Assembly: GCF_008274825.1 (NCBI RefSeq) | Contig: NZ_CP030848.1 | Coordinates: forward strand, 3,035,618 to 3,099,617 | Reading direction: 5' to 3' | DNA: 64,000 nucleotides | From: Sphingobacterium hotanense | GTDB lineage: Bacteria; Bacteroidota; Bacteroidia; Sphingobacteriales; Sphingobacteriaceae | Shown: in pieces, positions 1 to 9,294 of the stretch | How positions within the stretch are numbered: the stretch's first letter is position 1 | Layout of the letters: every line of letters starts with the position of its first letter | Made by a program: the position numbers and the translations under genes | The notes under the pieces: model-generated | What the model was told of the DNA's origin: nothing | The model's input: only the letters and a program-made list of their open reading frames with translations | Database searches by the model: none

Positions 1-125
1 CTAAGATGGAAGAATTTGAGCTTGTGCCAACTACGGAACTCCGCGAAAAGAACATCAACCATGTACTTTCTAACTCATTCGGCTTTGGCGGCAATTGTTC
101 ATCTCTCATTTTCTCAAAGAGTTAA
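1..125 (+). CDS. 3' end of a beta-ketoacyl-ACP synthase (partial; runs off the window start)
   Basis: In-frame translation ...ELREKNINHVLSNSFGFGGNCSSLIFSKS ends at a TAA at 123-125. This is a typical C-terminal KAS motif (NSFGFGG). Confidence 0.6.
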   Translation, partial: KMEEFELVPTTELREKNINHVLSNSFGFGGNCSSLIFSKS

Positions 126-127
126 GG

Positions 128-1174
128 ATGGAATGTTATATTAACGGTTTAGGATCGATAGGAATCCAATCATTAGGTTTTAATGTGTGGATTGATGAGC
201 CCTGCATTATTAATACTAGTAACAAAGTGGCGCATCCCTCCTATAGAGAACTTATTCCTGCCGGAGCATTAAGGCGAATGTCGACCTCTGTAAAGATGGG
301 GATTTATGCTGCGCACCAAGCAATGCAGGAGGCGCATGTGAATTATCCCGATGCCATCATCACGGGGACTGGCTTAGGTTGTCTTCAAGACTCTGAGAAA
401 TTCTTAGACACCATGATTGAGAATGATGAAGAATACCTTACGCCAACTTCCTTTATACAATCGACACATAATACCGTTGCAGCACAGATTGCTCTGCAAT
501 TAGGCTGCAAAGCCTATAACTTCACCTATGTAAATGGAGCGAACTCCTTCGAAGCGGCCTTATTTGATGCAATGCTACAGACAACTAGTTTCGGAGCTAA
601 TTCAGTACTCGTAGGTGGCATTGATGAGACTTCGACTCAATTTGATCGCTTATTTCAGCTTTCTGGGCTTTATAAAACAGAAGGAGCATCGATAGATTTC
701 AAACATCCAAGCAGTCCGGGCGCCTGTTTAGCGGAAGGTGCCAACTTTTTCGTTCTTTCAAACGAAAGACAACAAGAGTCATACGCTCAATTGGTTGATG
801 TGCATTATTTCAATCTACCTCAGGAAACGGTTCTTTCTGAAGTTGAAGGCTTTCTAGGAAGAAATAGCCTTCAAATTGAGGATATAGATCTTGTTTTCTT
901 AGGCTATAATGCAAACAGTCAAGATCAAGGGTTCTTTGAAACATATGCATCGCTATTTCCTGCAAGCTCGCATGCCTACTATCAGCATTTATCTGGTTCT
1001 TTCTTTACGGCATCGGCTTTTGGCTTAAAACTAGCTGCTGAAGTCCTGAAACTTCAACAGCTACCATCAAACATCATCTACAACGATATTAAACCTAAGC
1101 AGCTTAAAACTATCTTATTAATAAATCAATCGCGAGGAGTTGACAATAGCTTAGTGCTTATTCAATCATGTTAA
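128..1174 (+). CDS. Beta-ketoacyl synthase-like protein, the second KS/chain-length-factor-like subunit of a KS pair
   Basis: The ORF track starts at 95, but an ATG at 128 lies 2 nt after the upstream stop (taaggATG). It has thiolase-fold-like sequence and its stop overlaps the next gene. Confidence 0.55.
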   Translation: MECYINGLGSIGIQSLGFNVWIDEPCIINTSNKVAHPSYRELIPAGALRRMSTSVKMGIYAAHQAMQEAHVNYPDAIITGTGLGCLQDSEKFLDTMIENDEEYLTPTSFIQSTHNTVAAQIALQLGCKAYNFTYVNGANSFEAALFDAMLQTTSFGANSVLVGGIDETSTQFDRLFQLSGLYKTEGASIDFKHPSSPGACLAEGANFFVLSNERQQESYAQLVDVHYFNLPQETVLSEVEGFLGRNSLQIEDIDLVFLGYNANSQDQGFFETYASLFPASSHAYYQHLSGSFFTASAFGLKLAAEVLKLQQLPSNIIYNDIKPKQLKTILLINQSRGVDNSLVLIQSC

Positions 1175-1941
1175 AACACCAGTACATTCGAATAGTCATT
1201 GTAATTGCTTGCGTCGTAGCAGCAATCGGCTACTTGTATGATTATTGGAGCATATTCATCTTCGTCATAGTCGCATTCATCGGGTTAGGCTTAACCGTGT
1301 GGGGAGTCTTTGATATCCGTTTAGGTTATTTTGGTAAAACTCACTTCAAAGCTAGCGAACAGAGGACAAACTTGGTTTCACTGACCTTCGACGATGGCCC
1401 CTGCCCCTACACCGAACAAGTGCTCAATTTACTGGATCGATACGAAATGAAAGCAACTTTTTTTTGTATCGGTCAGCAAGTGTTGAAATATCCTGAGATT
1501 GCGAAGAGAATAATAGATAGCGGACATAGCATAGGTAATCATAGCTTCACACATCGAAAAGATATTGCTTTTTCTAATGCCGCTGAGATGGCGACGGAGA
1601 TAAAGCTTGCCGATGATGCTATTACGAAGATCACGAAATCTGTTACGCCCATGTATCGCCCTCCTTTTGGAGTGACTAATCCGAATGTGATTAAAGCATG
1701 CAAGGCCACCAATAAGGAAATCATAGGCTGGAGTATTCGCTCGCTAGACACGGTGATTAAAGATGAGAAAAGGATATTGAACCGCATCGTACCGAGAATA
1801 AAGCCCGGTGATATTGTATTACTCCATGATACCTCGGAGCGCACTATCAATGTGCTGGAACAGTTGTTGATTAAAATGAAGGATATGAATCTACAATCTA
1901 TACCAGTGGATAGATTACTAAAAATAGAAAGAAATGGGTAA
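1168..1941 (+). CDS. Polysaccharide deacetylase (NodB-homology domain) with an N-terminal TM segment
   Basis: TFDDGPCPYTE...FFCIG...IGNHSFTHR motifs. There is an ATGTTAA overlap with the upstream gene. Confidence 0.8.
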   Translation: MLKHQYIRIVIVIACVVAAIGYLYDYWSIFIFVIVAFIGLGLTVWGVFDIRLGYFGKTHFKASEQRTNLVSLTFDDGPCPYTEQVLNLLDRYEMKATFFCIGQQVLKYPEIAKRIIDSGHSIGNHSFTHRKDIAFSNAAEMATEIKLADDAITKITKSVTPMYRPPFGVTNPNVIKACKATNKEIIGWSIRSLDTVIKDEKRILNRIVPRIKPGDIVLLHDTSERTINVLEQLLIKMKDMNLQSIPVDRLLKIERNG

Positions 1942-2566
1942 GTTGAAAGGACTATTTATAATATCATTCTTGTTGATTACAGTTACGAGCTTTGCTCAAA
2001 CAAAGATGAGCACAGCAGAGGCTGCAACCTTTAAGAGCAATGTAGAGAAGCAAGCGCAAAAGATTAGCAGTATAACAGCTAATTTTGAAGCTAGCAAATA
2101 TGTATCTGTCCTTAAAAAGCCGGTAAACTTTACAGGAATTTTCAGACTGAAGGGTAAAAAGCTACTTTGGCGTTATGATGCTCCACAGCAGAATGCGATG
2201 CTTTTTGATCAGGATAAGCTCTTTATGAAAGACGAAAAGGGCAAGAAATCAACCATAGATCTAAATAAGAACCGTAGATTTCGTCAGTTGCAAAGCTTGA
2301 TGACGGAGACCAATACGGGCAATGTCTTCGATGAAACGAACTTCAACATCAGCTTTTTGAAAAATGGATCAGATAAACTAGCAATCTTAACACCAAAGAA
2401 TAAAGACATGGCAAGATTTATTAAGCAGGTGGAACTGACCTTTAGCAATAATGAACATACTGTATCTGAAATCAAGATTGTGGAGAAATCGAATGATTAT
2501 ACGCTATTCAAGTTGAAGAACAAGAAATTTAACAGCAGTATTAGCGATAGCGAGTTTAAATTGTAA
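1934..2566 (+). CDS. LolA-like outer-membrane lipoprotein carrier protein
   Basis: Signal peptide, size and position in the cluster. Calling it LolA family is a judgment. Confidence 0.55.
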   Translation: MGKLKGLFIISFLLITVTSFAQTKMSTAEAATFKSNVEKQAQKISSITANFEASKYVSVLKKPVNFTGIFRLKGKKLLWRYDAPQQNAMLFDQDKLFMKDEKGKKSTIDLNKNRRFRQLQSLMTETNTGNVFDETNFNISFLKNGSDKLAILTPKNKDMARFIKQVELTFSNNEHTVSEIKIVEKSNDYTLFKLKNKKFNSSISDSEFKL

Positions 2567-2589
2567 TTTTGTTTACCGACTAGAAACGT

Positions 2590-2961
2590 TTGACCTCTAT
2601 GCTGATCCCTGATTTTTATACCGTACTGCAAAGTAATCTTAGCGAGACGCAAGTCGATGCTCACATAAAACTAAATGCAGAGCACCCTATATTTCAGGGG
2701 CACTTTCCTAATAACCCGGTTACACCAGGGGTCTGCATGCTACAAATATGCAAGGAGCTGACTGAATCAGCTACTAATAAAGCGCTAAAGATGAGCTCTT
2801 GCAAGAATATAAAGTTCACAGCATTAATCAATCCTTTTACGGATCCTGAGCTGCAGATTAATTTAGCTATTAAATCTGACTCGACCTCTTATAAGATCAG
2901 CGGCACAGCCTATTACGGCGATACTCTAGCGATCAAAATATCAGCTCAATTAACCGCTTAA
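2590..2961 (+). CDS. Hotdog-fold (FabA/FabZ-like) dehydratase
   Basis: FQGHFPNNPVTPGV motif. The ORF track uses a TTG at 2590; the first ATG is at 2599. Confidence 0.6.
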   Translation: MTSMLIPDFYTVLQSNLSETQVDAHIKLNAEHPIFQGHFPNNPVTPGVCMLQICKELTESATNKALKMSSCKNIKFTALINPFTDPELQINLAIKSDSTSYKISGTAYYGDTLAIKISAQLTA

Positions 2962-3725
2962 TGATGTTGGAAAGCTTGGGAGTTAATCATCGTGTTTGTG
3001 TCATTATTCCGACCTACAACAACGCTAAAACGTTGAAAAGAGTCGTTGATGGTGTATTGCAGCATATAGACCATGTATATGTTGTTAATGACGGCAGTAC
3101 AGATGCTACGTCGAGTATCCTTACTCAATATAATGATATTGTAATCATCAATCAGCCGAAGAATCAAGGCAAGGGCAAAGCCCTGCAAGAAGGCTTTAGG
3201 CAAGCCCTTGAAGATGGATTTGATTACGCAATAACTATAGATTCTGATGGACAGCATTATCCGGATGATATCCCTGTTTTTCTTGAAGAGCTCTCCAAAC
3301 ACAGCGAACCGGTCTTATTGATCGGAAACCGCGACATGGAACAGGCCGGTATCCCCGGAAAAAGCAGTTTCGGCAATAGATTCTCGAACTTCTGGTTTTG
3401 GTTTGAAACAGGAATTCGATTGGAAGATACCCAATCCGGATATCGCATGTATCCACTCAAGCATCTCCCGAAAAAACTTTACACCAATAAATTCGAGTTC
3501 GAGATAGAAATCATTGTTCGAACAGCATGGAACGACGTATTGGTAAAAAATATTCCGGTAAAAGTACTTTACGACCCAGCGGAGCGCGTATCGCACTTTA
3601 GGCCATTTAAGGACTTCACGAGGATATCCATCCTCAATACGGTACTCGTATTGATTACCCTACTTTACATCAAACCACGTAATTTCTTTCGAAAGCTAAA
3701 AAAAAAAGCTTTAGCAAATTCCTAA
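2961..3725 (+). CDS. Family 2 glycosyltransferase
   Basis: VIIPTYNN...VNDGSTD...DSDG motifs. There is a TAATG overlap with the upstream gene. Confidence 0.8.
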   Translation: MMLESLGVNHRVCVIIPTYNNAKTLKRVVDGVLQHIDHVYVVNDGSTDATSSILTQYNDIVIINQPKNQGKGKALQEGFRQALEDGFDYAITIDSDGQHYPDDIPVFLEELSKHSEPVLLIGNRDMEQAGIPGKSSFGNRFSNFWFWFETGIRLEDTQSGYRMYPLKHLPKKLYTNKFEFEIEIIVRTAWNDVLVKNIPVKVLYDPAERVSHFRPFKDFTRISILNTVLVLITLLYIKPRNFFRKLKKKALANS

Positions 3726-3769
3726 AAGAGGATATCCTACAAACTCAGGATACCGATGAAGTCAAAGCG

Positions 3770-4141
3770 ATGTCGCTCGCTATGGGGGTGTTTATTGGAA
3801 TAATCCCAGCCTGGGGTTTTCAAACATTCCTATGTATCAGTATCGCCGTAGCATTACGCTGGAATAAAGCATTAGCATTTCTGGGATCAAACATTAGTAT
3901 TCCGCCATTTATCCCCATTATCGTATTTCTAGCCCTGCACATTGGCAGTTTCATCATTCCAGCAGACCAACCTATCCATCTTGATTTCGACCATCTCAAT
4001 ATGGAGGCTATCAAAATTCATCTGTTGCAATATGTGCTCGGGAGTTTTCTTTTAGCTATTTTTGCTTCCATCAGCATAGGTTTGATATTTTACTTGATCC
4101 TTAAATCTGCTAGCCGAAAAGCAAAGAAACATGTCGAATAG
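3770..4141 (+). CDS. Small polytopic membrane protein, DUF2062-like
   Basis: Hydrophobic 123-aa protein. Its stop overlaps the start of the following exporter gene. Confidence 0.45.
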   Translation: MSLAMGVFIGIIPAWGFQTFLCISIAVALRWNKALAFLGSNISIPPFIPIIVFLALHIGSFIIPADQPIHLDFDHLNMEAIKIHLLQYVLGSFLLAIFASISIGLIFYLILKSASRKAKKHVE

Positions 4142-7100
4142 TTTTTATTCCATTTATAAACTCATCCAAAAGCACCCAAAGATCGCATTGCTTAGCGCAA
4201 TGCTTTTCCTGATTGCTTCCGTAATGGTCATTAAAAACATCCGATTCAATGAGGATATCAATAAAGTAATTCCTATCGATAATTCAGCGGCGACTGCAAC
4301 CAACATCATACAGCAGATGTCTTTCACGGATAAAATCTCCGTAATCTTCAGTAAAAATGAAGAAGCCACCGATGATGACCTAAAGGATGCAGCACAAGCC
4401 TTTCTAGATACGGTAGCCCAATACGAGCATTTTTACCACAACATTCAAGGCACCTTAGATGAGGATTTATTCAATCGCTCCTTCGAATTGGTTTACACGC
4501 ATTTACCCGTGTATCTTGACGATAAAGACTATGCTACTATTGCGCAAAAACTACATAAAGACAGTATCAGAAAACAAGTCGATCAAAACTATGCTACCCT
4601 AATGGGCAGTGGGGCACCTTTTATGAAAGAAATCATCGTTAAAGACCCGCTACAGATATCTTTTCTCGCCTTAAAAAAACTACAGCAATTTCAGGGAGGA
4701 ACAGATTATGTTTTTGAAGACGGCTTCCTGTTCTCCAAAGACAGGTCCAAACTCTTTCTGTTCATCAACCCGAAATTTGGAGGTGCTGAAACAAAGAATA
4801 ATGAAGTGTTTGTAGACAGTCTTAGAGGAATTCAAAAGGCCTTAAATCAAGAATTTAAAAATGTAGAGACCTCTTATTTCGGCTCAGCCTTTATCGCGGT
4901 TGCCAATGCGAAGCAGATAAAACACGATATCCTAACGACTGTAGCTATCTCAGTCAGCCTGCTCATGCTGATGCTGATCTTTTACTATAGAAACTGGTTT
5001 GTGCCTTTGATTGTAATGATTCCCTCCGTGTTTGGTGGTTTATTAGGCATTATCTGCCTCTACTTTATTCGATCAGAGATCTCTGCGATATCACTGTCCA
5101 TCTCAGCCATTCTTATCGGTATTACGATTGATTATGCCTTACATTTCCTTACGCATTCCAAAAGCAGCGCTAATAAAAAAGAGCTCTTCCGTGACGTCTC
5201 GCGCCCATTATTAATGAGCAGCTCAACAACCGCTATCGCCTTCTTGTGCCTGCTGTTTGTTCGATCGGAAGCATTAATGGACTTAGGGATATTTGCCAGT
5301 ATTGCTGTTGTAGCCACTGCAGTATTTACGCTCATTATCCTACCTCATGTCTATCAGGGAAAGGAAATAAAGCATGCCCACCTTATTGACCGGGTCGCGC
5401 AATATCCTTTTGAAAAGAATAAGCTGTTGACTGGTTTTTCGCTCTTGCTCATCGTTCTTAGCCTTTTCACTTATCACAAAGTGAGTTTTGACGGCGACCT
5501 CTCTAAGATAAACTATATCCCGAAAGACCAACAAGAAGCCGAAAAAGCGCTGAATCAGGGGCAGGAAATCTTGAAAAACCTGTTTATTGTCAGTTATGGA
5601 GATCAAGAAGCTGATGTATTAGCCAATAGTCAAGCGCAGTTAAGCCAACTACAGGACAACAGGAGCATCAGCAGCATCCAATCTATCAACAGCCTCGTGC
5701 CCAGCATAGACGCCCAGCAGGAAGCCATAGCGCGGTGGAATGCGTTTTGGACAAGCAGCAGAAAACAAACTACGATTAGTGAAATTGAACAAACAAGCAT
5801 TGCTAAAGGCTTCGTAGACCAAACGCACCAACCTTTTTATGAAGCATTAGATCGCGAGTACACAACGATCAGCCTACAGGATATCGAAGATTTTGATCCT
5901 CAGTTCTACCGCGAATTCGTTCATGGCGATAATAGTCAGTACATTATTTCTACACTGATTTCCCTAGCGCCCGAAGATCGAGATCAATTTGTTAAATCCT
6001 TTGAAGAAAGCAATAAAGGAAAAAACAATATAATAATCGATAGACAAGCTTTAAATGAGCAATATTTGGGCTACCTTATCAACGATTTCAATAGCTTGGT
6101 GAGCTATTCCTTCCTCGCGGTAATCTTCATTCTATTCTTTTTTTATAAGCGAATTGAGCTAGTTATCGTTGCATCCATTCCAATTGCATTGACGGGCTTT
6201 ATTACAGCGGGTATCATGGGACTTCTGAACGTCCCATTTAACATCTTCAGCACGATCGTATGCACGCTTGTATTTGGACATGGTATCGACTTCACGATAT
6301 TTATGACCAGTGCGCTGCAGAAACAATACACGAACGGTAAAGATGAAATGCCTATCTATAGAACCTCCATTATTCTTGCCGTGTTGACGACTATATTGGC
6401 CATTGGAGCACTCATCTTTGCTAAGCACCCAGCGTTGAAATCCATTTCATCCATTGCGCTTATTGGGGTCAGCGTTGCTGTATTAGTTACATTTGTCCTT
6501 TACCCTTTATTATTTAAATTCCTGTTTTTTAATCGGATCAAGAAAGGTCTATCTCCTATTAACTTGGGGCTGCTGTTACAGAGCATCTTCCTTTTCTCCT
6601 ACTTTGCTATTGCAAGTGTATTCGTTTCTGTCCTCATCCGATCTTTGTTCTGGATACTACCGATGTCCAAGTTGAAAAAGCAAGTTCTATTCTCAAAATG
6701 GATGTCCCTATACATGTCCTCAGTACTTCACTTAAAACATCAAGTGAAGAAAAGAATGTACCATATCGACCGTATTGAGAACAGACGCCCAAGCATATTG
6801 ATCGCAAACCATAGTTCATTCTTAGATAGCCTGAGTATGGGTATGCTGCATTCCAATATAGTTTATCTAGTCAACGACTGGGTTTACAACTCTCCCGTAT
6901 TTGGCCGCGCTGTACGCTTTTTAGGTTTTCTACCTACCTCAGCAGGCATCGAAGGACAAACGGACATGCTAAAAGAACGCATAGGAAGTACGTTCTCTGT
7001 TGTCGTATTTCCGGAAGGCACACGATCCAATACCTCGGAGGTCCATCGATTCCATAAAGGCGCATTCTTTCTATCCGAAGAATTACAGATGCCAATTACC

Positions 7101-7784
7101 CCAGTTTTCCTTCATGGTAATGCTGAAGCGCTACCCAAAGGCGATTTCATCATATACGACGGCCTAGGCGATATACACGTAGGCGAGCCAATCGACCCAG
7201 ATAATCCTCAATTCGGTGTCGGCTATGCCCAACGCGCCAAGAACATTGCTCGTTATTTCAAAGAAACTTATAAACAGATCAGGCTCCGCCAGGAAGATGA
7301 AAACTATTTCAAAGCTAAACTACACTTAAATTACCTGTACAAAGAAGGAGATATACTAAGTCACGTAAAACTTGATTTCAAAAAACATAAGAAGCTATAC
7401 CATAAATTGTTTTTAGAAATAGAGGAGAAGGCAAGGATAGCACATATCACAAGCGACTACGGTCAAGTAGACTTCCTGCTTGTGCATCAGTTTGCCGCAC
7501 GAAAGCTTATCACCTTTAACAGCAACCCGGAGCATCGCGATATTGCGAAGGCAGGTTTTATCGTCAATAAATTCCACATCCAATATGTAGATCAGCTGGA
7601 AGCACTATGGAACAATCAGGAGGTGCTTTTGCTCTCTGCTATTTCCCAATTTGATATAGAAATCCCTACACATATACAGAAGATCATTGTTCTTTGCGCT
7701 GATATTAGCGAAGATTTTGTAAATTTCTCGCTGCGTCATCAAGAAGCAAATTACCGCGTATATCTTAGAAATGAAGGAAACTAG
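4131..7784 (+). CDS. MMPL/RND-like exporter fused to a PlsC-type acyltransferase domain and a C-terminal domain of unknown function
   Basis: 1217 aa. The N-terminal ~800 aa have two blocks of TM helices around soluble loops (MMPL-like). Residues ~880-1000 carry the HSSFLDS...FPEGTRS lysophospholipid acyltransferase motifs. A ~200-aa tail is unassigned. Confidence 0.7.
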   Translation: MSNSFYSIYKLIQKHPKIALLSAMLFLIASVMVIKNIRFNEDINKVIPIDNSAATATNIIQQMSFTDKISVIFSKNEEATDDDLKDAAQAFLDTVAQYEHFYHNIQGTLDEDLFNRSFELVYTHLPVYLDDKDYATIAQKLHKDSIRKQVDQNYATLMGSGAPFMKEIIVKDPLQISFLALKKLQQFQGGTDYVFEDGFLFSKDRSKLFLFINPKFGGAETKNNEVFVDSLRGIQKALNQEFKNVETSYFGSAFIAVANAKQIKHDILTTVAISVSLLMLMLIFYYRNWFVPLIVMIPSVFGGLLGIICLYFIRSEISAISLSISAILIGITIDYALHFLTHSKSSANKKELFRDVSRPLLMSSSTTAIAFLCLLFVRSEALMDLGIFASIAVVATAVFTLIILPHVYQGKEIKHAHLIDRVAQYPFEKNKLLTGFSLLLIVLSLFTYHKVSFDGDLSKINYIPKDQQEAEKALNQGQEILKNLFIVSYGDQEADVLANSQAQLSQLQDNRSISSIQSINSLVPSIDAQQEAIARWNAFWTSSRKQTTISEIEQTSIAKGFVDQTHQPFYEALDREYTTISLQDIEDFDPQFYREFVHGDNSQYIISTLISLAPEDRDQFVKSFEESNKGKNNIIIDRQALNEQYLGYLINDFNSLVSYSFLAVIFILFFFYKRIELVIVASIPIALTGFITAGIMGLLNVPFNIFSTIVCTLVFGHGIDFTIFMTSALQKQYTNGKDEMPIYRTSIILAVLTTILAIGALIFAKHPALKSISSIALIGVSVAVLVTFVLYPLLFKFLFFNRIKKGLSPINLGLLLQSIFLFSYFAIASVFVSVLIRSLFWILPMSKLKKQVLFSKWMSLYMSSVLHLKHQVKKRMYHIDRIENRRPSILIANHSSFLDSLSMGMLHSNIVYLVNDWVYNSPVFGRAVRFLGFLPTSAGIEGQTDMLKERIGSTFSVVVFPEGTRSNTSEVHRFHKGAFFLSEELQMPITPVFLHGNAEALPKGDFIIYDGLGDIHVGEPIDPDNPQFGVGYAQRAKNIARYFKETYKQIRLRQEDENYFKAKLHLNYLYKEGDILSHVKLDFKKHKKLYHKLFLEIEEKARIAHITSDYGQVDFLLVHQFAARKLITFNSNPEHRDIAKAGFIVNKFHIQYVDQLEALWNNQEVLLLSAISQFDIEIPTHIQKIIVLCADISEDFVNFSLRHQEANYRVYLRNEGN

Positions 7785-9294
7785 ACGTTTTGATGTTGTT
7801 GTTATGGGAAGTGGACTTGGCGGTCTAGTGACAGGACTGTTGCTTGCGAAAGCAGGAAAGAAGGTCTGCATCCTCGAAAAAAACAACCAATACGGCGGCA
7901 ATCTGCAAACCTTTGTTCGCGACCGAGAAATCTTCGACTCCGGTGTCCACTACATTGGATCGCTCGCTGAAGATGAGAATCTAGGCCAGTATTGGAAATA
8001 CCTAGGTGTTTTAGATCAGATTCAATTTGAACGAATGGATCTCAATCAGTTTGATGTAATCCGTTTCAAAGACGATCCCACAGCATATCCACAGGCACAA
8101 GGCTACGAAAATTTCATCCTACAACTTAGCAATCACTTCCCTGAGGAAGAAAAAGCTATTCGGAATTATATAGAAACGGTCAAGCGCTACTGCGCGCAAT
8201 TTCCCTTATACGAGCTTAAAGAAGGCTTTGGTTATGATGAGGATGTTATGCGAGACAGCTGTCTCGATATCATTTCATCGCTGACCCAGAACGAGAAACT
8301 GCAAGCCGTCCTCTTGGGAAACGGCTTCCTTTATGGTCTGCACGCCGATTCGCCGTTTTACATGCATGCATTAATCGTAAAATCCTACATTCAGAGCGCA
8401 TGGCGATGCATACGTGGCGGGAGCCAGATCAGTAAAGCATTCACGAAGCAATTGCGCTTGCATGGTGCAAAACTTTATACCTATCAGGAGGTCGAGGCTT
8501 TGAACTTTGACGGGGATAAGATCAAAAGCTGTGAGACCAAGGACTTCATTTATGAAGCGGAAACCTTTGTCTCGAATTTAAGCGTTTTAAAGCTCTTTAA
8601 GCTATTTGATGACTACAATTACCAGAAGCCTTATATTAAGCGCCTAGAAAGCTTAAAAGAAGGCCCATCTGCATTTTCAACCCATATAGTACTTAAAGAA
8701 AATACGGTTCCGTATTTTAATCATAATATTTATCATTTCGATGAGCCAGCCGACGCCTTGAGTTATGAAGACAATTGGAATGGCGACAGGCCCAAATCCG
8801 TCATGATATCCTGTACGCCGCAACATGCGAATCCAAAATACGCCAGCAGTATTTCCGTGTTGACCTATATGGATTTCAAACAGGTGGAGCAGTGGGAAGA
8901 TACGCGCAACACGGTCGCGGAACCCTTACATCGTGGTAACAGCTACGACGAATTCAAGAATAGAATTTCTAAAGAAATGATCGACATATTGTCGTTATAC
9001 TTCTTTGAAATTCAGAAAAATATTAAATCCATATATACTTCTACTCCACTCACCTACCGCGACTATATCGGCACACGACGGGGTGCAATGTATGGAATAG
9101 AGAAGCATGCATCGAACCCTTTGGCGAGCATGATATCTCCAAAAACCAAGGTGAAAAACCTATATCTAACCGGACAGGATGTTCGTTTGCATGGTATCCT
9201 CGGAGTAACAATCAGCGGCTTTATGGCTGCAGGTGAAATACTTGGAAGAGAAGAGTTCTTCGATCGTTTTCTAAAATCTGTACGAAATGTGTAG
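7771..9294 (+). CDS. FAD/NAD(P)-dependent oxidoreductase, phytoene desaturase (CrtI)-like
   Basis: VVVMGSGLGGLVTGLLLAKAGKKVCILEKNNQYGG Rossmann motif. It overlaps both neighbouring genes. Confidence 0.75.
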   Translation: MKETRRFDVVVMGSGLGGLVTGLLLAKAGKKVCILEKNNQYGGNLQTFVRDREIFDSGVHYIGSLAEDENLGQYWKYLGVLDQIQFERMDLNQFDVIRFKDDPTAYPQAQGYENFILQLSNHFPEEEKAIRNYIETVKRYCAQFPLYELKEGFGYDEDVMRDSCLDIISSLTQNEKLQAVLLGNGFLYGLHADSPFYMHALIVKSYIQSAWRCIRGGSQISKAFTKQLRLHGAKLYTYQEVEALNFDGDKIKSCETKDFIYEAETFVSNLSVLKLFKLFDDYNYQKPYIKRLESLKEGPSAFSTHIVLKENTVPYFNHNIYHFDEPADALSYEDNWNGDRPKSVMISCTPQHANPKYASSISVLTYMDFKQVEQWEDTRNTVAEPLHRGNSYDEFKNRISKEMIDILSLYFFEIQKNIKSIYTSTPLTYRDYIGTRRGAMYGIEKHASNPLASMISPKTKVKNLYLTGQDVRLHGILGVTISGFMAAGEILGREEFFDRFLKSVRNV

